From positions 4,711-68,710 of the forward strand of contig DAOOPF010000002.1 in assembly GCA_035388125.1 (NCBI GenBank): a stretch of DNA of 64,000 nucleotides, written 5' to 3'. This stretch comes from a bacterium (lineage in GTDB: Bacteria > Zhuqueibacterota > Zhuqueibacteria > Residuimicrobiales > Residuimicrobiaceae). Below are positions 8,334-16,666 of this stretch, in pieces; within the stretch, counting starts at the first letter, position 1; each line of letters opens with the position of its first letter. The translations under genes and the position numbers were made by a program. The notes below the pieces were generated by a model. That model saw nothing but the letters and a program-made list of their open reading frames with translations. It did no database searches and was not told the DNA's origin.

Positions 8334-9917
8334 ATGACACCCAAACTCTCCATCCTCCTCTATGCCTATCCAGAGATCCCTTATGAATCTGCCGCCTTGA
8401 ATAACATGGTCGCCTCACTACAGAACCAATATGACCAGAATTTTGAGGTGCTCTTTTTTGGCGACAATGATCAGACCCGCCAGCTCGCCGATAAAGCCGG
8501 CTATACCTTCATTCCCGCCGACCTCGACAACAAAGGCAAGGCCCTGAACAGCGCCCTGCGCCGGACCAGCGGAGAGTATGTGCTCATCTGCAATAACGCG
8601 GCCAATGCCCTGGAGTTCAAGCGCTCCGCGACCAGGTTCTACGCGATGGCGATGGACCGCCATCCGGACACCAGCCTGCTCTATACGGACTATGACCTGA
8701 TCGACAAGGGCGTCCGCAAGGAACGCAAACTGCTGGAATGGCACAACGGCCGCCTGACCGAGGCCTGGGATACCGGCTACTGCCTGCTCTTCAGCCGGGC
8801 CTTTCTCGAGATGGTCGGCTTTTGCGATGAACGCTGCCGGTTCAATCCCCTCAACGATCTCCGCTTCAAGGCGATGGAAACCGGGCGGATTATGCACATC
8901 TCCAACCGCTTCAACGGCGTCCCCTATCTCGCCTACGCCGCGGCACAGGGACTGGATGTCTTCGCCTATCTCAAGGCGGGCAAAGAGGTGCAGATCGAAA
9001 ACGAGGAGATTGTCACCGGGCATCTCAAGCGCATCAAGGCCTATCTCGCCCCCGGCCAGAACTATCACCAGGTGACCTATACGCCCGAGGAGGAGGCCTC
9101 CTTCAAGGCCTGCATCGCCTCGGTGGTGATCCCGGTCTTCAACCGGCCCGAGTTCATCGGCCCGGCGATCGAATCGGTGCAGGCGCAGAGCGTGCAGAAT
9201 ATCGAGATCGTCGTCGTCTGCAACGGTGGTGATGACGATCCGACCATCCCGGAGGTCCGGCGCTACCTACCCGGTGGCGATAAACATGCTGCGCACAAAC
9301 CGCCCGTGCGCCTGATCATCCACGACATGAACATACTCGGACTCTGTTTCAACGACGCCCTGCAATCCTCGCGGGCCAAATATTACGTACAGCTCGATTC
9401 GGACGATCTGCTCTTTCCCGATGCTGTGGAGAAGATACTCAAGGTCTATGACGAGGACGACCGCATCGGCATGGTGATCGGCTCCTATCAGGTTTATGAA
9501 AAGAAAGCGGATGGCCGGGTGGAGCCGGTCCTGACCGGGGAGGGCAAGCCCTTCATCGTCACGCATGATGAGTGGACTGAGGAGAATGGGCGCAATAATC
9601 TGCTGCGCATCGGCGGCGCCGGCGCCCCCCGTTCGATCAAGATCAAGGTTCTGAAAGAATTGGGCTGGTTCGGGATGAACGATTCTCCCTACTCCCGGAA
9701 TTACGGGGAGGATTACGAGCTGGTGAACAAGTGCGCCGAGCGCTATCGTATCGGCCGCGTCTGGGATCCCATCTACAAGGTGGTCCGCCACGCCGGGGGG
9801 ACTGACCATATGATCGACCAGGTCACCATTGACGTGAATGAAAACGCCAAGGATCACATGCGCCTGGTCGCCCTGCGGCGCCGGCAGAAAATAAACGGCA
9901 TCGAGCCGACTGTGTAA
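8334..9917 (+). CDS. Glycosyltransferase with two GT-A (family 2-like) modules
   Basis: The C-terminal module is canonical (VVIPVFNRPEFIGPAIESVQAQ...IEIVVVCNGGDDD...QLDSDDLLFPDA). The N-terminal module is GT2-like but lacks a clear DxD (LSILLYAY...NFEVLFFGDND...YVLICNNAAN). Confidence 0.7.
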   Translation: MTPKLSILLYAYPEIPYESAALNNMVASLQNQYDQNFEVLFFGDNDQTRQLADKAGYTFIPADLDNKGKALNSALRRTSGEYVLICNNAANALEFKRSATRFYAMAMDRHPDTSLLYTDYDLIDKGVRKERKLLEWHNGRLTEAWDTGYCLLFSRAFLEMVGFCDERCRFNPLNDLRFKAMETGRIMHISNRFNGVPYLAYAAAQGLDVFAYLKAGKEVQIENEEIVTGHLKRIKAYLAPGQNYHQVTYTPEEEASFKACIASVVIPVFNRPEFIGPAIESVQAQSVQNIEIVVVCNGGDDDPTIPEVRRYLPGGDKHAAHKPPVRLIIHDMNILGLCFNDALQSSRAKYYVQLDSDDLLFPDAVEKILKVYDEDDRIGMVIGSYQVYEKKADGRVEPVLTGEGKPFIVTHDEWTEENGRNNLLRIGGAGAPRSIKIKVLKELGWFGMNDSPYSRNYGEDYELVNKCAERYRIGRVWDPIYKVVRHAGGTDHMIDQVTIDVNENAKDHMRLVALRRRQKINGIEPTV

Positions 9918-9933
9918 TCGAGGGGGGAGACCC

Positions 9934-11298
9934 ATGCCCGAGCTCAAGAATCTGATGATATCGGTCTCCGGCGTCCGCGGCATCATCGGCGACGGACTGA
10001 CGCCTGAGGTGGCCCTGCACTTCGCCCAGGCCTATGGCTCCCGGTTTGGTCCCGGCCGTATCGTTGTCGGCCGCGACTCACGGGTGACCGGGGAACTGAT
10101 TAAATATGCGGTCTGGGCGGGACTGCTCTCCTCCGGTTGTGATGTGGTCGATATCGGCATGACCACGACGCCAACCACCGCCATGATCACGGAAAAAGCG
10201 GAAAATGCGGGCGGCATCATCATCACCGCCAGCCATAATCCGCGCGAATGGAACGCCCTCAAACTGCTGGCCCATGACGGACTCTTCCTGAGTCCGGAGG
10301 CGGGTGGAGATATCCTCGACCGGGTCAGGCAGCAGGAGTTCCGGTTTGCCGCCTGGGATCAGGTGGGACGGGTGATCCCCTATCCCGCTGCAGCCGATGA
10401 GCATCTCAATGCAGTCGAAGGGCTGGCCCTGGTGGATGTGGCAGCGATCCGCAAACGCCGTTTCAGGGTCGTCGCCGATCCCTGCAATGGGGCCGGCGGC
10501 ACGATCCTGCCGCAGCTGCTGGAGCGGCTCGGCTGTGAGGCCTTTTTCCTCAATCTTGAGCCCCATGGGCGTTTCCCGCGCAGCCCGGAACCGCTCGCCG
10601 CCAATCTCGGCGAACTCTGCGCCGCCGTGGTCGCCCACAATGCCGATCTCGGCATCGCTGTCGATCCGGATGTGGACCGCCTCGCCCTGGTCTCCAATCA
10701 GGGGATCCCGCTCGGCGAGGAGTATACCCTCGGGCTGGTCACCGACTTTATCCTCTCCCACACCCCGGGCGAGGTGGTCGTCAACGCCTCCACGTCGCTG
10801 ATGATCGATGATATTTCCGCCCGCCACGGCTGCCTGGTCCACCGCACCCCTGTCGGCGAGATCCATGTCGCCACCAAAGCCCGGACGACCGGCGCGGTCA
10901 TCGCCGGTGAGGGCAACGGCGGCGTGATTTATCCGGCCCTCCACCTCGGCCGCGACGCCATCGCCGGCATCGCCCTGATCCTGCAGTCCATGGCGGAAAA
11001 GGGAAAACCGCTCGCCGAGCTCCACGCCGGCCTGCCTCAGTATGTCATGGTCAAGGATAAAATCGCTCTTCCCTTCGATGCCGACGCGAAGGCCATGGTG
11101 GCCGGACTGATCCGCAAGCACGCCGGCGAGAAGGTCGATTTGACCGACGGACTCAAATTTATCTACGACCACGCCTGGGTCCATATCCGGGCCTCCAATA
11201 CCGAACCGATCATCCGCGTGATCGCCGAGGCCCGGAGCGAGTCCGAGGCCCGGCAGCGCGTCTCCGACCTTAAACAGGAATTCGCAAATTTATCGTAA
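9934..11298 (+). CDS. Phosphohexomutase (phosphoglucomutase/phosphomannomutase/GlmM family)
   Basis: ISVSGVRGIIG, the active-site loop IITASHNPREWNALKL, the metal loop GIAVDPDVDRLAL, and GEGNGG. 454 aa. Confidence 0.8.
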   Translation: MPELKNLMISVSGVRGIIGDGLTPEVALHFAQAYGSRFGPGRIVVGRDSRVTGELIKYAVWAGLLSSGCDVVDIGMTTTPTTAMITEKAENAGGIIITASHNPREWNALKLLAHDGLFLSPEAGGDILDRVRQQEFRFAAWDQVGRVIPYPAAADEHLNAVEGLALVDVAAIRKRRFRVVADPCNGAGGTILPQLLERLGCEAFFLNLEPHGRFPRSPEPLAANLGELCAAVVAHNADLGIAVDPDVDRLALVSNQGIPLGEEYTLGLVTDFILSHTPGEVVVNASTSLMIDDISARHGCLVHRTPVGEIHVATKARTTGAVIAGEGNGGVIYPALHLGRDAIAGIALILQSMAEKGKPLAELHAGLPQYVMVKDKIALPFDADAKAMVAGLIRKHAGEKVDLTDGLKFIYDHAWVHIRASNTEPIIRVIAEARSESEARQRVSDLKQEFANLS

Positions 11299-11321
11299 TA
11301 CCAGATAACGTGAGGATTGCT

Positions 11322-13715
11322 ATGGCCGACTTTGAAAAGCTGGGGATGTTTTATCTCGGCAAGGAATACGATACAGAGAAAAAACAGCTTCTCGATAACC
11401 ACATCCTGTATGACTCCAAGGACCTGGTCACGCACGGCGTGTGCATCGGCATGACCGGCAGCGGCAAAACCGGCCTCTGCATCTCTCTTCTGGAAGAGGC
11501 CGCCATCGATAATATCCCCGCTTTGATCGTCGATCCCAAGGGGGACATGACCAACCTGCTGCTCACCTTTCCCGGACTCTCCGCGGCCGAATTCAGACCC
11601 TGGATCAATGAAGATGATGCCCGCCGGGAGAACAAGACCCCCGAGGAATATGCCGCCGCCCAGGCGGAACTCTGGAAAAAAGGGCTGGATCAGTGGGGCC
11701 AGGATGGCGCCCGCATCCAGCGCCTCCGCGACGCTGCCAATTTCACTATCTTCACCCCCGGCAGCACCGCCGGCGTCCCGATCTCCATTCTGAGCAGCTT
11801 CGCCTGTCCATCGGAAGAGACCATGCTCGACCGCGAAGCGGTTGGCGATCTCATCTCCTCCACTGTGACCAGCCTGCTCGGCCTTATCGGCATCGCGGCG
11901 GACCCGATCAAGAGCCGGGAGCACATCCTGCTCTCCAACATCATCGATCACACCTGGCAGCAAGGCAAGGAGATGGACCTGGCCGGTCTGATCACCGCCA
12001 TCCAGAATCCCCCCTTCGAGCGAGTTGGCGCATTCGCGGTGGATGCCTTTTATCCGGCCAAGGAACGCTTCGAGCTCGCCATCAGCCTCAATAATCTCCT
12101 CGCCGCTCCGGGCTTTTCCACCTGGCTGAGCGGGGAACCCCTGGACATCGGACGCCTGCTCTACAGCGAAAACGGCAAGCCGCGCCACTCGGTATTTTAT
12201 ATCGCCCATCTCAGCGATTCCGAGCGCATGTTTTTCGTCACCCTGCTCTTCAACCAGGTGGTCTCGTGGATGCGCAGCCAGCCCGGCACCACCAGCCTGC
12301 GCGCCCTCCTCTACATGGACGAAGTGGCCGGCTATCTGCCGCCGGTGGCAGCGCCCCCCTCCAAAAAACCGCTGATGATCATGCTCAAGCAGGCCCGGGC
12401 CTTCGGCGTCGGGGTACTCCTGGCCACGCAAAACCCGGTCGACCTCGATTACAAGGCCCTCTCCAATACCGGCACCTGGTTCATCGGCCGGCTGCAGACC
12501 CAGCAGGACATCGAAAAGGTGGTGGAGGGACTGCGCTCGGCCGCCGGCGATATTGACACCCGCATCAGCAAAGCCCTCTCCGCCCTGGGCAAGCGGGTTT
12601 TTCTGATGAAAAACATCCATGAGAGCGATCCGGTCATCTTTCAGACCCGCTGGGCCCTCTCCTACCTGCGCGGTCCCCTGACCCTCGCTCAGATCAAAAA
12701 GCTGCCGGCGCCGGCGAGCACCGCCCAGGCGCGGTCGATCGCCAGCCCGAAAGCGGCCGGGTTCGGTACCGATGCGGAGGGACGGCCTGCGCTCCCGCCG
12801 CAGATCCCCGAATATTTCGCCCCCCTGCGCGGCGCCTTCAAACCGGAGGCCAAACTGCTCTACCGCCCGGGAGTGCTCGGACTGGCGGACGTCGCCTTTG
12901 TGCCGGGTGAATCCCAACGGTTGGGGCGCATCGCCTGGCTGGAAGATGGCCCCATGCCGGTCGACTGGGAACGGGCCGTCGAAGCCCCCTTCGCAGAAAA
13001 TGATCTGGAAAAAAAACCGGCGGAAAACAGCGCCTTTGCCAGGCTGGCATCCCCGGCCTCCCGGCCTGAAAGCTACACCGCCTGGGCTAAGAGTTTCGCC
13101 GATACCATCTATCGCACCGCTACACAGGAACTCTACACCAGCACCTCGCTCAAGCTGACCTCCCGGCCCGGTGAGCCGGAGCGCGATTTTCGCATCCGCA
13201 TCAGTCAGCTCGCCCGGGAAAAACGCGACGACACTGTTGACCAGCTGCGCAAGCGCTATGCCAGCAAAATGGCAACGCTGCAGGACCGCATTATGCGCGC
13301 AGAACAAAAAGTGGCGAAAGAGAAGAGCGATTACCACTCCCAAACCATGTCGACCGCGGTTTCGGTTGGAGCGACCATCCTCGGCGCCTTCTTCGGCCGC
13401 AAGGCGCTCTCCGCCACTACCCTGAACAAGGCGGGCACGGTCATCCGTAAGGGGATGCGCACGACCAAGGAACGTGGCGATATCCATGACGCCGAAGAGA
13501 GCCTCGATGTCCTGAAAGAGCGGTTGGCGGATCTGGAACAGGAGCTCAATCAGGAGATCGCCCGCATCGAGGAACAGACCGATCCCATGCAGCAGACCCT
13601 GGAAGTGGTCGCCATGCGTCCGAAAAAGGGCGATATCACCGTTCGCCTCACCGCTCTGCTCTGGCTGCCCTATTGGCAGACGAGCGACGGCAACAGGGAG
13701 CCCTCTTACCTCTAG
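11322..13715 (+). CDS. HerA/FtsK-superfamily P-loop ATPase with a long non-catalytic C-terminal region containing a coiled coil
   Basis: Walker A GMTGSGKTG, Walker B-like ALLYMDEVAGYLPP, and GVGVLLATQNPVDLDYKALSNTGTWFIGRLQTQQD. The C-terminal ~330 aa includes heptad-like stretches (DQLRKRYASKMATLQDRIMRAEQKVAKEK; LKERLADLEQELNQEIARIEEQ). I preferred the ATG at 11322 (GAGGA upstream); the GTG at 11310 is also possible. Confidence 0.75.
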   Translation: MADFEKLGMFYLGKEYDTEKKQLLDNHILYDSKDLVTHGVCIGMTGSGKTGLCISLLEEAAIDNIPALIVDPKGDMTNLLLTFPGLSAAEFRPWINEDDARRENKTPEEYAAAQAELWKKGLDQWGQDGARIQRLRDAANFTIFTPGSTAGVPISILSSFACPSEETMLDREAVGDLISSTVTSLLGLIGIAADPIKSREHILLSNIIDHTWQQGKEMDLAGLITAIQNPPFERVGAFAVDAFYPAKERFELAISLNNLLAAPGFSTWLSGEPLDIGRLLYSENGKPRHSVFYIAHLSDSERMFFVTLLFNQVVSWMRSQPGTTSLRALLYMDEVAGYLPPVAAPPSKKPLMIMLKQARAFGVGVLLATQNPVDLDYKALSNTGTWFIGRLQTQQDIEKVVEGLRSAAGDIDTRISKALSALGKRVFLMKNIHESDPVIFQTRWALSYLRGPLTLAQIKKLPAPASTAQARSIASPKAAGFGTDAEGRPALPPQIPEYFAPLRGAFKPEAKLLYRPGVLGLADVAFVPGESQRLGRIAWLEDGPMPVDWERAVEAPFAENDLEKKPAENSAFARLASPASRPESYTAWAKSFADTIYRTATQELYTSTSLKLTSRPGEPERDFRIRISQLAREKRDDTVDQLRKRYASKMATLQDRIMRAEQKVAKEKSDYHSQTMSTAVSVGATILGAFFGRKALSATTLNKAGTVIRKGMRTTKERGDIHDAEESLDVLKERLADLEQELNQEIARIEEQTDPMQQTLEVVAMRPKKGDITVRLTALLWLPYWQTSDGNREPSYL

Positions 13716-13801
13716 AGGAAAGGTTGCAAGACCGCCGGTCGGGCCACAGGTGATGATCTTCGGCAATGGACTGGCGGCACCCTCTCAAGGAAGGAAAAAC
13801 C

Positions 13802-14245
13802 ATGCAGAATGGAAACAATATCCCGGAAACGGCCTATCGAATCATCGACCATACCTCCGACGTCGGTCTCGAACTGGAGGCCTCGACCCTGACCGGGCTC
13901 TTTGTGGCTGCAGCGGAGGGCCTGATGCATATCATCTGCCCGCATTGCCAGATCAAGCCGGCGCAGAGCCATCCCCTGCAGGTCTGCGGGGAAAACCTCG
14001 AAGAACTTCTGGTCAACTGGCTCTCCGAATTGAACTACCTGTGTCAGGTGCAGCGCTTTCTCACCGCCAGGGTCAAGATCACGGAAATCCATGAGCGTTT
14101 TCTGCAGGCCGAAGTGACGGGTGAAACCAGGGACCCCCTGCGCCACGCCATGCGGAGCGAGATTAAAGCCGTTACCTATCACCGGATAGAGGTTCACCAG
14201 GAGGCTGCTGACAAGTGGCGAGGCAGGATCTACATGGACCTCTGA
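13802..14245 (+). CDS. Archease (RtcB activator)
   Basis: YRIIDHTSDVGLELEASTLTGLFVAAAEGL and IKAVTYHRIEV. It sits immediately upstream of rtcB. The ATG at 13802 is preceded by GGAAGGA. Confidence 0.8.
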   Translation: MQNGNNIPETAYRIIDHTSDVGLELEASTLTGLFVAAAEGLMHIICPHCQIKPAQSHPLQVCGENLEELLVNWLSELNYLCQVQRFLTARVKITEIHERFLQAEVTGETRDPLRHAMRSEIKAVTYHRIEVHQEAADKWRGRIYMDL

Positions 14246-14288
14246 GAGAAAAGACCGCCCGGCGATCAGCTGCACCAGGAGCGGAATC

Positions 14289-15728
14289 ATGACAACCCCC
14301 ATGCATCGTATAACCGACTATCTCTTCGAAATCCCCAAAACCGGCAAAATGCGGGTGCCCGCCCGCATCTACGCCACTGAAGATTTGCTCCCCGATATCC
14401 TGCAAGACCGCGCCGTCGAACAGGCTGCCCACGTCGCCTGGCTGCCGGGCATCGTGGGCTATTCCTATGCCATGCCTGACATCCATTGGGGCTATGGCTT
14501 CCCCATCGGCGGCGTTGCCGCCTTTGACCTGGAAGAGGGCGTCATCTCCCCCGGCGGGGTGGGCTATGACATCAACTGCGGCGTCCGGCTGCTGCGAACC
14601 GGCCTCCAGCTCAGCGACATCGAATCGAGGATGCCGGCGGCGGTGGATGGCCTCTTCCGCGCTATTCCGAGCGGGGTGGGATCCACTGGCAGGCTGAAAC
14701 TTACTGAAAAGGAGGAAAAACGGGTTCTGCAGAACGGCGCACTGTGGGCCGTACAGAACGGCTACGGCGAAGAGGAGGATCTGGACAAGATAGAGGAAAA
14801 CGGGATGATGCCGCAGGCCGATCCGGATCAGGTCAGCGCGCGCGCACGCGAAAGAGGGCGCAGCCAGCTCGGGACCCTGGGGTCGGGCAACCACTTCATC
14901 GAGCTGGGCGTGGTTGATGAGATCTATGACACCGCAGCCGCCTCAGCCATGGGCCTGAGGCTCGAACAGATCACCCTCTTCATCCATACCGGATCACGCG
15001 GCCTTGGCCATCAGGTCTGCGACGAGGCCATCAAGGAGATGCTGCATGCGTCGCGTAAATACGGCATCGAGCTGCCGGACCGGCAGCTGTGCTGTGCGCC
15101 GATCTCATCCCCGGAGGGCCAACACTATCTGGGGGCCATGTCCGCGGCAGTAAATTTCGCCTTCGCCAACCGTCAGATGATCACCCATTGGGCGCGTCAA
15201 GCCCTCCTGCAGGCCTGGAATATCACTCCGCGCGACCTGAATATGCAGGTGGTTTACGAGGTGGCGCACAACATCGCCAAGATCGAAAAACACAACGTCG
15301 ACGGCATCGAGCGCTCGCTCTGTGTCCACCGCAAAGGGGCAACCCGGGCCTTCGGACCGCATCACCCCGAAATCCCTGCGGCCTATCGGGAGATCGGCCA
15401 GCCCGTGCTCATCCCAGGGGATATGGGGCGCTGCTCCTATCTTCTGACCGGGACGGCCAAGGCCATGAGCGACAGCTTCGGCTCCGCGTGCCACGGCGCC
15501 GGCCGGGTGATGAGCAGAACGCAGGCGATCAAATCAGCGCGGGGCCGCTCGGTGCTGCGCGAGCTGGCTGAACGCGGTATCCTGGTCCGCGCCGAGAACA
15601 GCGAAACGATCGCCGAAGAGATGCCGGAGGCCTACAAGAATGTCACCCAGGTGGTCGACGCTGTCGCCGGCGCCGGTCTGGCTCGCAAAGTGGCCCGGCT
15701 GAAGCCCCTGGGCGTGATCAAAGGTTAA
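14289..15728 (+). CDS. rtcB: RNA 3'-phosphate ligase RtcB
   Basis: MPDIHWGYGFPIGG, GSGNHFIELG, HTGSRGLGHQV, CVHRKGATRA, SACHGAGR. 479 aa. Confidence 0.9.
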   Translation: MTTPMHRITDYLFEIPKTGKMRVPARIYATEDLLPDILQDRAVEQAAHVAWLPGIVGYSYAMPDIHWGYGFPIGGVAAFDLEEGVISPGGVGYDINCGVRLLRTGLQLSDIESRMPAAVDGLFRAIPSGVGSTGRLKLTEKEEKRVLQNGALWAVQNGYGEEEDLDKIEENGMMPQADPDQVSARARERGRSQLGTLGSGNHFIELGVVDEIYDTAAASAMGLRLEQITLFIHTGSRGLGHQVCDEAIKEMLHASRKYGIELPDRQLCCAPISSPEGQHYLGAMSAAVNFAFANRQMITHWARQALLQAWNITPRDLNMQVVYEVAHNIAKIEKHNVDGIERSLCVHRKGATRAFGPHHPEIPAAYREIGQPVLIPGDMGRCSYLLTGTAKAMSDSFGSACHGAGRVMSRTQAIKSARGRSVLRELAERGILVRAENSETIAEEMPEAYKNVTQVVDAVAGAGLARKVARLKPLGVIKG

Positions 15729-15754
15729 GTCCGGGGGCGGGGCCGAAATAGGTG

Positions 15755-15783
15755 TTGACTTTTAAATCACAGCGTTATATATT
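15755..15783 (+). promoter_or_regulatory. Candidate sigma-70 promoter TTGACT-N17-TATATT
   Basis: Hexamers at 15755-15760 and 15778-15783 in a lower-GC intergenic region just after the rtcB stop. The next plus-strand start codon is about 270 nt downstream. Confidence 0.45.
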
Positions 15784-16053
15784 TTAATACACCTCGTAAG
15801 TATCGCCGTGGCGCTTGTGTTGTTGCAGTTCCGGCTTGCGGCCGATTCCATATATTATCTTCTCACTAATGTCAGGCACAGTAAAAGATCTTGGGTAAGC
15901 CTGAATTCCTCAAACTTCCATTTGACCAGTCGGTACAATCCATATTGAAAAATTTTCCATTCCTCTCCCCTGCGCCCCGCCGGCGCGTTCGCATCGCGAA
16001 GTGAAGAGGAATTCGGTGACAGTACCTTGCATGCTGCACAAGGAGTCATGAGC

Positions 16054-16563
16054 ATGGCCTTACCATCTTCAACAGCGAGCCCCCTGCAGTCCCTGTCGGA
16101 CAAGATCGGCGGATTTATCGGCTATGAGAGCTCCGCCACCAGGGAGCCGTCGGACATCAACCTCCGCAGCTTTCTCATCGCCGGAATCGATGCCAGCCTG
16201 AAAGGCCTAGAGGCGATCCCCTCGGCCACCATTGAGGAGGATCAGCGCGTCCTCATCGAGGTCGTAAGAAGTACCCGGCGCAAACTCGCCACCATCAGTG
16301 AAAGCCTGAGCGATCCAACCTATGCCGGACAGGATTTTTTCACCCGGGACCATCTTGCCGAAAAGAGGTTGGCCAGCATTTACTCGCTCGAAAAATCCAT
16401 GCTCGACGAACTTGCGGACATCCAGCTTGAACTCGCTGCCTTTCAGACCGGACCGATTGAAAAGAGTACAATCGAAGACCATTTTCTGCACATCTCCGAT
16501 TCGATCGATAATCTGAATCAGGCTCTCTTTGAACGCGAGTGCCTCATCCTCGGCGATCAATAG
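16054..16563 (+). CDS. Hypothetical soluble all-helical protein (orphan)
   Basis: An open frame with AAGGAG 8 nt upstream of the ATG at 16054. It has no motif I recognise and no TM segment. The local GC is lower than in the flanks. Confidence 0.5.
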   Translation: MALPSSTASPLQSLSDKIGGFIGYESSATREPSDINLRSFLIAGIDASLKGLEAIPSATIEEDQRVLIEVVRSTRRKLATISESLSDPTYAGQDFFTRDHLAEKRLASIYSLEKSMLDELADIQLELAAFQTGPIEKSTIEDHFLHISDSIDNLNQALFERECLILGDQ

Positions 16564-16666
16564 TCTTTGTACATGAAAACCCGGCGGAGGGCGAGAAAGC
16601 GGCGGCCGGACCGGAAAAGAGCAACAGGAGGGACTGGTATCCAAAAAATGCCGTGATCAACCCGGT

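Noticed and set aside
11163-13766. 867-aa ORF on the minus strand spanning the whole HerA-like gene
   Set aside because: Its translation is low-complexity and rich in G, A, R, D and L, with no motifs. The plus-strand frame carries clear Walker A/B motifs. It is a typical antisense shadow ORF of a GC-rich gene.
16015-16031. Sigma-54-like GG...TTGC element (GGTGACAGTACCTTGCA) upstream of the orphan gene
   Set aside because: The GG-to-GC spacing is 2 nt longer than the -24/-12 consensus, and the element overlaps the ORF's upstream TTG start codon at 16027.
15855-16103. 82-aa minus-strand ORF in the lower-GC spacer after rtcB
   Set aside because: It has no ribosome-binding site, overlaps the start of the plus-strand orphan gene, and has no motif. 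The region is kept only as a possible leader or sRNA.
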